Shown here one piece after another: positions 1 to 12,039 of a stretch of DNA of 64,000 nucleotides; positions within the stretch are counted from its first letter, which is position 1, and the number at the start of each line of letters is the position of its first letter. The translations under genes and the position numbers were made by a program. The notes under the pieces were generated by a model. The model had not been told where the DNA came from and ran no database searches. It worked only from the letters and a program-made list of their open reading frames with translations. Source of the DNA: Octopus sinensis (lineage: Eukaryota); assembly GCF_006345805.1 (NCBI RefSeq), contig NC_043007.1:42098001-42162000 (forward strand), in the 5' to 3' direction.

Positions 1-309
1 AACCGGGTATCTTATAGTCGTGATTCATATCGAGCCCTTCTGGGTATTAGCGTGCGTCTATGATGAGTCTACGATTTTTAAAAAATTTACCATCATATTT
101 TTCCATTTTAATGCATTTTTTCGCTATTATATAAGGGAAGTAACTCTCTAAAAATATCTACGATGTGTCAACGATTAAAAAAAAAATTTACCTTAATTTT
201 TTTTCCATTTTTAATGCATTTTTTTGCTATTTTTTGGCTATAACTCTCTAAAAATGCTTATATAGTTATTTCCCTTACAAACCCGAGCAACGCCGGGCGA
301 TACTGCTAG
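1..309 (+). mobile_element. Helitron-like element, 3' end
   Basis: GC-rich hairpin CCCGagcaacgcCGGG (282-297) lies 8 nt before a terminal CTAG (306-309), followed by T. This is the canonical Helitron 3' terminus. Internal AT-rich subrepeats are also present. Confidence 0.7.
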
Positions 310-747
310 TGTATGTATATATGTGTGTGCAGATGTATATATGTATGTATGTGTATGTATGTCTACCTTGCAGCTTGTCTGTGTGTCTATATGTATGTAT
401 ATGAGTAAATTCTGATGTTACCTGTTCAAAGGAACATGTATGTTAGAATAAAGATCTCCAAATTTTAGGACTGAGTGTCAATGTTTTCTTAAAGCAGCAA
501 ATTCAAGAAAATACTGTTCATTTCATTGAGTATCATACATTTGTAATTAAATATATACCAAGAGGTATATATTTGAATCCTTATCATCATCATCATCATT
601 ATCATTTAATGTCTGTTTTCCATGCTGATGTGGGTTTTAGATACATACATACATACATCGGTAGATGATAGACAGACAGATAGATAGATTTCACTCTATC
701 TTTTGCATTAAGTACTCTTTTCTTTGTTGTATATATATATATATATA

Positions 748-965
748 CAAGGTGGGTGGCTGAAAAATTTGAGCTTTGGGTAAGAGAAAATACAGGAGGA
801 TCAGTTAATTATGACTTTATTCAACATATTCCCCTCTCAAATTCACATACTTATTACAGTAGTCCTTCAGTTTCTCTAAGCCCTGTAAAAGAACTCAGAA
901 GGTTGGGCCTCTGACCAGGCCTTTAGTGATACTCTTAATGCCAAGAACTTTTCAGCACACCCTTG
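748..965. mobile_element. Tc1/mariner-type MITE (~218 bp)
   Basis: Imperfect terminal inverted repeats (caaggtgggtggctgaaaaattt versus gaacttttcagcacacccttg), flanked by TA on both sides (746-747 and 966-967). Confidence 0.75.
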
Positions 966-1085
966 TATGACTGAATATAGATGCAAATATACATACATGT
1001 ATGTATCTATGTATCTCTCTATCAATCTATCTATTTATCTCCCAGCCTGCCTTTCTATCTGTCTGACTGTCTGTCTGTATGTTTG

Positions 1086-1131
<46 letters not shown>

Positions 1132-1480
1132 GGCACACACATACATACACAACTGTGTACACACTTACACACACACACACTCACACACACACATACACTG
1201 TATTGGTAGGAGATCTTTCTTATTATGAAAAGTTATAAAAATTTTAAATATAAAACAGGTGTGAAAGACTCAACGGATGCAAAAGCAATTCACCAAGAAC
1301 TTTTCAGCACACCTTTGTATGACTGAATACAGATGCAAATATGCATACGTACATATATGTATACATGCATACATGTATTACATGTATGTGTGTATGTATC
1401 TCTCTGTCAATCTATCTATTTATCTCCCTGCCGGCCTTTCTGTCTGTCTGTATATTTGTATATGTGTATATATATATAAA

Positions 1481-1561
<81 letters not shown>

Positions 1562-1708
1562 ACACACACATACACAGCCATGTACACACACACACACACA
1601 CACACACACACTGTATTTGTATGAGGATCTTTCATATGTATGAAACGTTACAAAAATTTTAGATACAAAACAGAAGGCATTAAAGACTCAATGGATACAA
1701 AAGTCATT
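941..1708 (+). repeat. Diverged tandem duplication (941-1292 and 1293-1708)
   Basis: Both copies start ccaagaacttttcagcacacc, end aaagactcaa(c/t)ggat(g/a)caaaag(ca/tc)attca, and share the same order of microsatellite blocks. Confidence 0.85.
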
Positions 1709-1798
1709 CAGACATAAAGAAAACTGATAATACCATAAACTGAAGTTAACAAACTATCTTGTTTATACAGTCAGCCTGTTTCTTACTTTAACATCCAG

Positions 1799-1981
1799 CT
1801 TTAGTTGAGTTCATTCGATTGCAAGTATCTGAAATAGATCCTGCCCCCTTAATTCTCTACAGCTCATTATTTGCGACAGCCATTGATCTGCAGATTTTCA
1901 GGATGGGCATCAACATGCTAGATGTTGAAGAGATCTTTATCGCAAGATATGAGAATACACCAATGCATTTCAGAAGGACAA
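1799..1981 (+). CDS. Internal exon A of an unidentified upstream gene (xLVEFIRLQVSEIDPAPLILYSSLFATAIDLQIFRMGINMLDVEEIFIARYENTPMHFRRT)
   Basis: Acceptor gtttcttactttaacatccag, then 183 nt open in phase 1-1, then donor ACAA|gtgagt. Non-repetitive sequence amid microsatellites. An alternative in-frame acceptor exists at 1862. Confidence 0.65.
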
Positions 1982-2016
1982 GTGAGTGAATTTTGTGCAA
2001 TTCACAAAGTATATTT

Positions 2017-2065
<49 letters not shown>

Positions 2066-2069
2066 GCTG

Positions 2070-2127
<58 letters not shown>

Positions 2128-2160
2128 TACTGCTGCTGCTGCTACTATCATCATCATCAT
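2017..2160. repeat. Compound microsatellite (TAC)n-(TGC)n-(ATC)n
   Basis: Seen directly. It explains the poly-T/A/L/Y/C/S ORFs in the track. Confidence 0.95.
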
Positions 2161-2449
2161 TTAATGTCCATCTTTCATGCTGGCATGGGTTGGACAGTTT
2201 GACAGCATCCATTGAGCCAGAGGACTGTGTTGAGCTCTGGTGACAGTTTTGGCATGGTTTCTAAAGCTGGATGTTCTTTCTAATGTCTGTCACTTCACAG
2301 GGTTCACTGAGTTCCTTTTTATGAGGTACTGGCTCTAGTGAGGTCACTGACTAACTAAGACTAGCCACCTCTGCTAAATAGGGGTGTATTAGAGAGGGTA
2401 GGTCATGACGATAATCCATTTGGAATTTTACTTGTTGATGATATTTTTT

Positions 2450-2805
2450 TCTTTTATTCTTTTATTTGTTTCAATCATTTGACTGCAGCTTTAGTCAAAC
2501 AAATCGACCCCAGGACTTATTCTTTGTAAGCCTAGTATTTATTTTATCAGTCTCTTTTGCCAAACCACTAAGTTACAGGGTCATAAACACACCTACATCA
2601 GTTGTCAAGTGACGGTGGGGGGACAGACACAGACACACAAATGTATATATATATATATATACATACGAGCTTCTTTCAGTTTCCATCTACCAAATATACT
2701 CACAAGGCTTTGGTTATCCAGAGGTTATAGTAGAAGACATTTGCCCAAGGTGCTATGCAGCGGGACTGAACCCGGAACCATGTGGTCAGTAAGCAAGATG
2801 TTTTG
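2450..2805 (-). mobile_element. tRNA-derived SINE, family A
   Basis: Reverse complement of the recurrent unit ...gcttacTGACCACATGGTTCCGGGTTCAGTCCC...accttgggcaaatgtcttctactata.... Further copies at about 20170-20560, 21860-22230, 31340-31930, 36585-36935, 39930-40100, 42900-43060, 48440-48620, 56660-57010 and 63415-64000. Confidence 0.8.
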
Positions 2806-2837
2806 AACTATTGTTTTTGCATATACATATATTGCAG

Positions 2838-2870
2838 ATTTTTGTATGAATCAGTTTATGCAACTGATGG
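2838..2870 (+). CDS. Exon B (33 nt) of the unidentified upstream gene (NFCMNQFMQLM)
   Basis: atattgcag| acceptor and TGG|gtgaga donor. Phase 1-1 continues the frame of exon A without a stop. Confidence 0.5.
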
Positions 2871-3253
2871 GTGAGAAAGGTTCTCTTATCAACATGTTAT
2901 AATTATTAGCTCATTGTTGTCCTACATCCTCATTTTGTCTCTTCCAAATATTTCATTGGTTCCTAGTTTTAACATTTAAAATCTGACCACTACACTCCTC
3001 ACTAAAGAGCCTTCAGTTTACTTGGCTTCTTTCTTCTCGACCTTCTTACTGTTTCCCATTCTCAGAACTGTAGCCCCCCACAGTTCCTTTCTCATCATGT
3101 TTTCCCACCATTCATTGCCCTACGGAAGTTCAAGCTGAATATTAACTGTATTTACATTGCTAATCTGAAAAGGTTTGTGAATGTTTTGGGTTCGACTCCT
3201 TTTTATCAGACCAACTTATAAAATAAATATAAATGGCAGTACTGAAATAACAT

Positions 3254-3490
3254 TATCATCATCGTTTAACATCCGTTTTCCGTGCTAGCACGAGTTGGAC
3301 GGTTCAGCCGTGGTCTGGAAAACCAAGAGGCTGCACCAGGCTCCAGTCTGATCTGGCAGTGTTTCTACAGCTGAATGCCCTTCCTAACGCCAACCACTCC
3401 GTGAGTGTAGTGGGTGCTTTTTACATGCCACCAGCACAGGTGCCAGGGGAGGCTGGCAGTGGCCACGATCAGTTGGTGCTTTTTACGTAG
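3254..3490 (-). mobile_element. RTE-LINE 3' tail / SINE-like element ending in (GAT)n (family D)
   Basis: Plus strand reads catcatcatcgtttaac(a/g)tccg(c/t)tttcc(g/a)tgctagca.... Other copies at 2147-2380, 11190-11720 and 62629-62955 (same orientation), and at 13266-13465 and 40940-41130 (opposite orientation). Confidence 0.7.
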
Positions 3491-3887
3491 GCTTGAAAAT
3501 GGGAGTGAGGCATAGAATGAATCTTCATCAAATAAATATTTGAGATTTAGTTTTCCTTCGAGAGCTCAGAGCTGAATATATATGTTTCTTATCATTGTTT
3601 AGCCCCCAGACAGCCAAGTTTGAGAAGACCTATGATCAAAGACATTCCATCTTCTTTGTAGACAAGATATACCTTAGGCTACATTACCAATGCACCTTCT
3701 GTTTTAAGATATTAGGTGTTATTTGAAGTCGATTTCATTGTCAATCCAGGTAAATTGAATGACTGCTAGCTTGTTGAAATGTAATTATCTACATTGGTAG
3801 ATTCCACTAATAATTTAATTACTTTTCACTTTAAAACATATGTGGCTTTAGTCTGAAACAATCTTCACAAAACACACATGTGGAAGC

Positions 3888-3888
<1 letters not shown>

Positions 3889-3923
<35 letters not shown>

Positions 3924-3956
3924 CGAGAGAGAGAGAGAGAGAGAGAAGAGAGAGAG

Positions 3957-4042
<86 letters not shown>
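3889..4042. repeat. (GA)n microsatellite
   Basis: Seen directly. Confidence 0.95.
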
Positions 4043-4046
<4 letters not shown>

Positions 4047-4582
4047 TTAGTTGATTCAAAGAAAGAAAATCTGCATGGAATTGAATATGTTGTACAATAT
4101 TTTAACGGTGAGTGAGAATAGAGATTAAGCAGTCTGTGAGTGTCTGGTCAGAGACATGAATTAATGAAGAGAATAGCTGGTGTAATCGATAGAAAAATAA
4201 TGAAAGATATTTTTTTTACACTGCTTGTATCAGTGAAGAAGCCTGTTTTTAGGTGCTCAGTCTAGTAGAAATAGCAGCCAAATCTTCCCAAAATTAAATC
4301 TTAGTCTTTTTAAAAAGGGAACATTGGATACTATAGTGCCTAGATATTTTTTAATGGCTTAGCCAGAGGAGTAAGGAGTAAGTCCATGACCATTTTAAGG
4401 GCCTTTCAGATTAATGGGAAGAAGTTATCTTCAGACAGGATCCTGGTCCAAATGCTTGAAACAGAGTGGACTTTGCTAAAGACTCCTAGGAGTCAGATAG
4501 CAGTATTATACAAGATGACTGATAAAGTCTACCACTCAAGAGCAAGACTGACTCCAACACCAATGAGCCTCTATATAGTTTC

Positions 4583-4780
4583 TTATTTCTTTACTGCCCA
4601 TAAGGGGTTACACACAGAGGGGACAAACAAGGACAGACAAACGGATTAAGTCGATTATATCGAGTCCAGTGCGCAACTGGTACTTATTTAATCGACCCCG
4701 AAAGGATGAAAGGCAAAGCTGACCTTAGCAGAATTTGAACTTGGAATGTAGCGGCCGATGAAATACTGTTAAGCATTTCT
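4583..4780 (-). mobile_element. SINE family B
   Basis: Reverse complement of the unit seen at 22901-23130 and 63565-63796 (gagttcaaattc...gtcgactttgcctttcatcc...gtaaagaaata). Confidence 0.8.
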
Positions 4781-4792
4781 TTGAATCAACTA

Positions 4793-4907
<115 letters not shown>

Positions 4908-4921
4908 AACATCCCTGTCAG

Positions 4922-4967
4922 CTGGCCGCCTTAATATAGTTTCTATCAACCAAACATTACCTACAAG
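4922..4967 (+). CDS. Exon C (46 nt) of the unidentified upstream gene (AGRLNIVSINQTLPT)
   Basis: ctctCTAACatccctgtcag| acceptor with a consensus branch point, and AAG|gtatag donor. Phase 1-2, in frame with exon B. Confidence 0.55.
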
Positions 4968-5449
4968 GTATAGGTTGATATGACCACACTATGGTCAAGG
5001 CTGAATTAACGTTACTGAGGCTTAGCAACAACAATGTCACCATTGACAACACCAGCACCACCACCAACAACAATGATATATGAATGATATAGAAGCACAA
5101 CAACAAAATAAACAAAAAAAAAAAAGCTAGCAGAATTGTGGTGAAGTCATCAAGTAACATAAACAAGTTAGTAACCAAATAAATTTCTGATTGATGAGCA
5201 TGTTATGAGAACAGCTGTTGTTGTTACTTAACTTCAGGCTAACCCTGATTTGGCAGTCACATAAGCAGGAAGCATTTCAACCATGTGTGTGCATATGTAT
5301 GTGTGTGTGTGTGCGTGTGTGTGTGTGTGTGTGCATGCGTGTATGTGTGTACATATGTATATATGTATTGAATCTATACATTTTATATATATATATATTT
5401 ATATGCATAAAGTTTGACTGTCTGCTTTGTATATATACAAGTTCTACAG

Positions 5450-5520
5450 TCTATTTTGTCATGACTTCTATGGCCATTTTGCAGAGTGTACCAGGTGCTT
5501 TTTATGTGGCCCTAGCACCA
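5450..5520 (+). CDS. Exon D of the unidentified upstream gene (SLFCHDFYGHFAECTRCFLCGPST); possibly terminal, reading on to TAA at 5535-5537
   Basis: gttctacag| acceptor, with a phase 2 start compatible with exon C. Either the donor CCA|gtgagc is used, or the frame runs on to ...SELTK*. Confidence 0.4.
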
Positions 5521-5719
5521 GTGAGCTCACTAAGTAACATAAAAGTTTGAAAAGTAAACAAAAAATTATTTAGAGGAAAGAGATTTTATACTTACAAAAA
5601 TGGCTGAAGTGCAAAGGTGACAACATGGCAGTTATAAGAGTCATAAGATGCTATGAGGAGGAAGAAAAAGCATACAAATATGATGATTTTTGTCATTTTG
5701 GGGTAAATTCTCTTGCAAC

Positions 5720-6384
5720 CCAAAAGAACATTTTAAGTGCACATGCACTTAATTTGACGTTTGTGTTTCATGGGTATAGTTCCACTGATCGTGAGAACCA
5801 AATATCGATTGCAACGATTAGAACCAACAATTTTAAGTGCATGTGTTAAGAAAATACATGTTACATGTTTTAGCATACAATGTTGCAGTTTTAAGAACTG
5901 ATAATTTTAAGTGCAGGTGTTAATAAAATATGTTACAGCAACCTGAGATAAGTGATGAACATTTTAACCCCACAACAATTGTGGCCAAATTTCATTAATC
6001 AGGTAATCAAAAATCATCTTATGCTTTGTTTGAGTAGCCTAGATAAAAATTTATTTGTTTCAACACATCTTTAATGCATATTCCATCTGTGTATAAAATT
6101 TCAAGAAAATCGGTTGAAACTTTAAAAGTTATGGCAGAAAATAACATTCATATGAGAATTTGCATTGAAATGTCCTACTGATTTTTGAAAAATCGATGCT
6201 GATTAAAAATCATCAATGTTTTTGAAATTCCAAGTGTGTAAGTAACTACATGGGCATATGCCCACCACACGTGTCAAGTTTCATCAAGATCGCTTGGATA
6301 GTCTTGGAGGAGTTAAATAACAAATTCACAAACACACACAGAGCCACAAACAGACAGAAATTGCCATTTATTTATACAGATGGT
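5720..6384. mobile_element. Non-autonomous Helentron/DINE-like element remnant
   Basis: Ends caagtttcatcaagatcg...acaaacagacagaaattgccatttatttatacagat, an end type typical of HINE/DINE-like repeats. Internal subrepeats (ttttaagtgca). Confidence 0.45.
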
Positions 6385-6423
6385 AAACGCAAACACACAC
6401 ACATTTATATCTATCTATCTAGC

Positions 6424-6464
<41 letters not shown>

Positions 6465-6607
6465 TAATATCAGGGTAATAAAGATTTTAGAAATTTTTAC
6501 TATCAGTGGTCTAGCGTATAGAAAAATTAGTCAATAGACTATATATATTATTCATATAAAATGTACACTGTATTTTATATGAATTATATATATATATATA
6601 TATATAT

Positions 6608-6988
6608 GGAAGCACTCCATCGGTTCCGACGACGAGGGTTCCGGTTGATCCGAATCAACGGAACAGCCTGCTCGTGAAATTAACATGTAAGTGGCTGAGC
6701 ACTCCACAGACACATGTACCCTTAACGTAGTTCTTGGGGATATTCAGCGTGACACAGTGAGTGACAAGGCCGGCCCTTTGAAATACAGGTACAACAGAAA
6801 CAGGAAGTAAGAGTGAGAGAAAGTTGTGGTGAAAGAGTACAGCAGGGATCACCACCATCCCCTGCCGGAGCCTCGTGGAGCTTTAGGTGTTTTCGCTCAA
6901 TAAACACTCACAACGCCCGGTCTGGGAATCGAAACCGCGATCCTATGACCGCGAGTCCGCTGCCCTAACCACTGGGCCATTGCGCCTC

Positions 6989-6991
<3 letters not shown>
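6608..6991 (-). mobile_element. Young, apparently full-length tRNA-derived SINE (family C) inserted in a (TA)n tract
   Basis: Minus-strand head ggcgcaaTGGCCCAGTGGttagggcagcggactcgcggtcataggatcgcGGTTTCGATTCC has Pol III A and B boxes. CpGs are intact, and (TA)n flanks both sides. Confidence 0.85.
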
Positions 6992-7030
<39 letters not shown>

Positions 7031-7189
7031 CACACACACATATATATATATATACATGGAAGGTTGACATTAAACAATGATGATGCTGATAATATATATC
7101 CATACACACATAGAGGATGCAAGGGATATTTGAGGACATTTAATTATCAGTACACAAATTAAAAGGTCTTTATTTCTTTCTGGTTCTCC

Positions 7190-8180
7190 AATGACAGATA
7201 TAATGCAAGAAAGGAAAAGACATGCAGTCATTGTTGCCGTATGTGCAGAACACAATGATTTAGAAATTGCTAACTTCCTAAATTCTGCAAGATGTTTTGT
7301 ACACAGTGTTTGGATGGAATTGGAAATCTCTGGTTGGAATATTTCAACTGTACATTCTAAATACCTAAATGTTTAAACACTATAAGGACACAACAATTTC
7401 ATTCAACAGGTTCAAAACATCATCAACTATGAATCTGGAAAATAAACAAAGGCCATTGTCAAAGAACTTCAAATGCCATAGTGGACTACCAAAACTGTGG
7501 TGCATGAGGATATTCAATACTGTGTACTGAAGGGAGGCCAATTCATGTCTGCAAAGATACAGAGACACTGTTTCATCTGTGCCAAGCCATCACTTAACAA
7601 GGTTAAAATCTCTTGTGAACACGGCATGCTTTGATTCTTCAACCAGACCAAAAGTCTAATGAGTGGAATGATAGATGCTCAGTGCAGATACTACTGATGT
7701 CCACAGAATGATGTGCACTAAATTTTTAGTGACTGTGATGGGTTTAGGAGTGATGAGTAATGAAAATGATGCTACCTCATATTATTCCACAAGGTCTTGG
7801 AATTAATGCCAAGGTTCTGGAAACAATTGGTAAGCCATGGGTGGATGAAATATGCAGTGGAAGGCCATATGTATTTCAACAAGACTTAATACCTTCAGAC
7901 AAAGTCCATAGTAAAACAAGAATGGATGTCAGACAATATTTATGATCGTGTAACACCAAATTTGTGGACTCTATACTTACTGGACTTAATCCTATGAACT
8001 ACTACTTTTAGAGCAGTGTTGAAAGAAAGACTAATTGACATCTACACAATATTATAAGTTTCACTGAAGGCTACTATTATTCAGTTGAATAAGGACCACT
8101 TAATGTAGGCATATCAACGATTTGAGTTGGGCACTGAAGCAGACATCAAGGTTGAAGTCAGGTTCATGGAATAATCTTGT
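7190..8180 (+). mobile_element. Decayed Tc1/mariner-superfamily (maT/DD37D-like) transposase
   Basis: Fragments MQERKRHAVIVAVCAEHNDLEIANFL, VLETIGKPWVDEICSGRPYVFQQD and W...DLNPMNYY (compare WPPNSPDLNPLDY). Multiple stops and frameshifts. Confidence 0.8.
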
Positions 8181-8599
8181 AAAAATGTTTACTGAGAACA
8201 TAGGCACAAATTTTTATTAAAATACATTTGGTTTTGCTAAATTAAAGTAATTTTAATAAATTGCCAAATATCTCCTCAAACACCTCACTCACCCTGAATA
8301 TATATAATATATAATATACATACATGCATACATACATGCATGCATACATGCATGCATACATACATGCATACATGCATGCATACATACATACATACATACA
8401 TACATACATACATGCATACAATTGCAACCCCCTGTGTATCTTTCCTATTTCAAGATGGTAATGTGTGATTTTGGAAATATTTAGTTGTTATTTCAAGCAG
8501 ATGGATTAACAACCTTATAGAAGCTCCCATCTCGTTTCACAAGAGAGCAGTTATTGTCATAATCAAGTATAATAAAGTTTTTTGTTTGTTTGTTTTTTA

Positions 8600-9000
8600 A
8601 TTCTTCCATTGGAATCATTTTTTGACTAGGACTAGAAATATATAATTTAACATTATCTGCACTTAATTTTTAAGAGGCTGGTCTGATAACTGATATGATA
8701 TCATAGATATAAATGAGAAAAAGAACAGGGCCCAAAAGATTACCTTACAGAACATCTCTTCAACTTAAAGATGTTGAAGAATGGTATTCAATACGAACAA
8801 ACTAAATCCTGTCAGATAATCTTTAACCCATCCTATCATTTATGCATTAAAATGATATTACTGCATTATTTGTATGAATGTGCTGTGACTAACAGTAATG
8901 TATGTTTTTTAGTGTGTAAATGTAGAAAATATATATAGTGTTATTATTATCTGTTTCTTTTGTCCAAGTGTCTAGATAAGACAGTAGATGAGTAATTGTA
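8600..9000 (-). mobile_element. CR1/Jockey-like LINE reverse transcriptase remnant
   Basis: Minus strand gives VL*GNLLGPVLFLIYIYD...KLSADNVKLY (compare GVPQGSILGPLLFLIYIND...KLFADDVKLY). Confidence 0.75.
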
Positions 9001-9691
9001 GAGTAATCTGGTGGAAAGCAGTGTTGATTAATTCATAAAAGTTCATTATATTTCCATTGACATTTAATAGGCATTATAGTAATATAATCTTATCTACGAT
9101 TTGACAGGAAATTTATTTTATGCCTCCAGAAAGATAGAAAGCAAACTTGACCTTGGTAGGATTTGAGCTCATAACACAAAGATTGTTACTAAACACCATC
9201 AAAAACAAAGCACTAGGCAAGTACTGAGATCAATTTAATAATACCATAAAGCATGCAGGATATGAATGAAATTACAGGTTTGTTAACCTTCCTGCATTGT
9301 ATGAGAATTTCCAGCAGCATTCATCATCTCTTCATGCATTCAAATAATTTGACAAAATTTATTGCATTTTAGAAATTCTCCATTATTTATGATGTTTTAT
9401 CATGTTTCATTGTCCCTTTGTGGAACATTGCCAGTAGAATATTGATTTGGTCTAACTTTTGGTTCATTCTGAAATATGCGGGGGAAAAAAATGGCATGCT
9501 GTAATTGGTTTAAACAAAGTTTACTTTTTAATGTATAAGAAATCATGTTGAATGTGCAATTGAAATCAAAATACTTCTAGGCATATATATGTGACAGAAC
9601 ATTGGAGGAATCTCTGGTAGCAAAGCAATGGAGGTTAATTTCGCAAAACTTGCACCAACTAAAGCTGGTATGGATGGAATTCAATCCAAAG

Positions 9692-10300
9692 CAAACATCC
9701 ATCCATCCATTTTTGATGTTCACATTCCAGGGAGGGCTATGGAGGGTGTGGTCTTCAGGTATCTCCTCCATAGGGTTATATCAATAACAATTGTCATTAA
9801 ACTTTGTTACTGGATTCCCAAGCATGACCAGCTAAGACTGGGTATTATCCACCCACCTTGTTCACAGTCTACCACTAAGTTTCCTGCTGGTTGTCTCATC
9901 TTAAAGAATCTGTCTTGTGATCCTTTCCTGTGACATTTTCACCACATATTCATAGTACTGGAGCCGAGATTTCTCAATACAGAGAAGTAGTAGCTCAGTC
10001 TGGAGAGATTCTCTGATCTCTGAGCTATGCGTCATGTTGAATAATGTTACTCTAGAAATCCTTCAGAGGAACTCCATTTCAGCCACTATTATACCTTTTG
10101 GTCATTCCCAACATTCATGATTATAGGTGAGGATAAGCACAAAAACCAAATTGAAGATAACAAATTTAGCTTTCTTATCGACCTCTCCTCTTTTGAGGAT
10201 CAAATGCTGAAGCTGGGGCATAACTGTAATAGTAGCTGCAATACTAACATCCAGTTCAGCCTTTTGCACCCCCACCATTTGTAATGGTCACAATATACTT
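9692..10300 (-). mobile_element. RTE-clade (Rex3/Expander-like) LINE 3' end remnant
   Basis: Minus strand gives AEMEFL*RISRVTLFNMTHSSEIRESLQTELLLLCIEKSRLQYY, and ends in an aaaatggatggatggatg tail. Confidence 0.75.
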
Positions 10301-10399
10301 AAACTTCTATAAGTGTGCAGCATAAAGGTTGTTTGTGAGGTGTGTGTTTGCAAAACATAGACTTTATGTATCAGAGCACGAAGGACATCATTTGACATG

Positions 10400-10900
10400 T
10401 TGCCATAATAATGCACCAAAGAAATACTGAAATAGCAGATTCAGAAAAGATTATATTTGCTATTTGTCATGATGCTCGTTTGGCTGATAAGGTAAAATAC
10501 AGTAACAGTTACTATCCATGAATATGAAAGCTTTAATGAAAACTTCAATTTATACACAAATTTTGATCATAAATGTGGAGGTTTAAAGCTGAAATCTTCA
10601 TGACTCAGCATAACATTTCTACGAAAATCAATGACAATTTGAGTCCCCTGTTGACAAAATATTTCCAGACAGCAAGATTGCAAATAAGTACAGTTCTGCA
10701 AAAGTGAAAGTCTTGCATGTTAAATGGATCTGTAGCTCTCACTTTTAAAGGTGATATCACCTTGTCTTATTACAGCAAAACTGAGAAGACAAATAGCTGT
10801 GTTATTAATATAAACCACATAAAAACATGAATCTGCATGGAAAGGAGCTATACACGGAATATAATACTGAACACGGTAAACAGTAGAATATTTAGTTTAG
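10400..10900 (+). mobile_element. Decayed hAT-type transposase fragment
   Basis: HNISTKINDNLSPLL.. followed after a frameshift by FPDSKIANKYSSAKVK, resembling the hAT motif FPDSKIAKxxSCARTK. Confidence 0.55.
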
Positions 10901-11739
10901 TGTATTGTGTTATATATTGGCCATGTAAATTTATATGATATTACCGGAGTAATATGAAAGTAAATGAATTATGTCATTTTAGTCCTTTATGGCTGTGCAA
11001 CGTCTGTATTTCCTACTATGACAACAACTGAGAAACTTGTTAATAGATCTAAATAAGAAAACATATTTATTGATGTATAATAGGCACTAGTGTATAACAG
11101 GTATACCACTAATAGTAGATGAAGAGGTTTTGGAAAAAAATAATACACATGTATAATCTGCACTGTAGGCTGGTGCTAAAATAATTGCAGTCATCATCAT
11201 CACCATCATCGTTTAACGTCCGCTTTCCATGCTAGCATGGGTTGGGCGATTTAACCGGGGACTGGCGAACCAGATGGCTGCACCCGGCCCCAATCTGATC
11301 TGGCAGAGTTTCTACAACTGGATGCCTTTCCTAACGCCAACCACTCCGAGAGTGTAGTGGGTGCTTTTACGTGCCACCGGCACGAGAGCCAGTCAGGTGG
11401 TACTGGCAACAGCCATGCTCAAATGGTGTTTTTTATGTGCCACCTGCACAGGAGCCAGTCCAGTGGCACTGGCAACAACCTCGCTTTAATGTTTTATTCA
11501 ATTGCTACCGGCACAAATGCCAGTAAGGCGATACTGGTAACGATCATGCTTGAATGGTGCTTTTTACGTGCTACCGGCATGGAAGCCGGTTAGCTACTCT
11601 GGCAACAATCATGCTCGGACGGTGCTCTTAGCGCTCCACTAGCATGGATGCCAGTCATCAAATTTGATTTCAATTTTGATTCCAATTTCACTTGCCTCTA
11701 CAGGTCTTCACAAGCAGAGTTTAGTGTCCAATGAAGGAA

Positions 11740-12030
11740 AGGTATGCATAAGTGGGCTGGTTATAAGTGGGCTTTGATATTGTTGCACCTCTTATGTGTC
11801 CATGGCTTACACTGGGTACATCTTATAGAATTTCTACCTACACCATTTCTACAGATTGAGCAGGGCCATCTACCTGAAGGGATTTGTGGTTTGCCTGCCT
11901 TCCTACTTATTAGGACTCCAATGTAGCATTCTCCAAGCCTTCCGGCGATTCCAGTCCGACCCCTCCACTTAGCACATCTCCCCTCCTTCAAATGAGCCCA
12001 TAACATACGAGACCTCTTGGTCCACAGCTT
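11740..12030 (-). mobile_element. Non-LTR retrotransposon ORF2 fragment with a Cys/His (PHD-like) finger
   Basis: VLISRKAGKPQIPSGRWPCSICRNGVGRNSIRCTQCKPWTHKRC. It is contiguous with the family D tail at 11190-11720. Confidence 0.7.
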
Positions 12031-12039
12031 CTTCCCTAA

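Noticed and set aside
967-2243. Many 60-100 aa ORFs rich in Y/I/H/T/C or homopolymers (similar ones occur throughout the window)
   Set aside because: They are translations of (TA)n, (CA)n, (GA)n and trinucleotide microsatellites and carry no coding signal.
4961-5650. Alternative minus-strand exon pair (5596-5650 and 4961-5000/5020) giving ...LTIVWSYQPIPC, with a faint resemblance in one frame to serine palmitoyltransferase small subunits
   Set aside because: It overlaps the better-supported plus-strand exon C, the frame choice is ambiguous, no first exon was found, and the resemblance is too short to trust.
6915-6991. tRNA-like sequence with A and B boxes on the minus strand
   Set aside because: It lacks a closing acceptor stem and continues into a SINE body, so it is a SINE head and not a tRNA gene.
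10440-10492. Open segment with donor AAG|gtaaaa as a possible fifth exon of the upstream gene
   Set aside because: There is no polypyrimidine tract, and it lies in the hAT transposase remnant.
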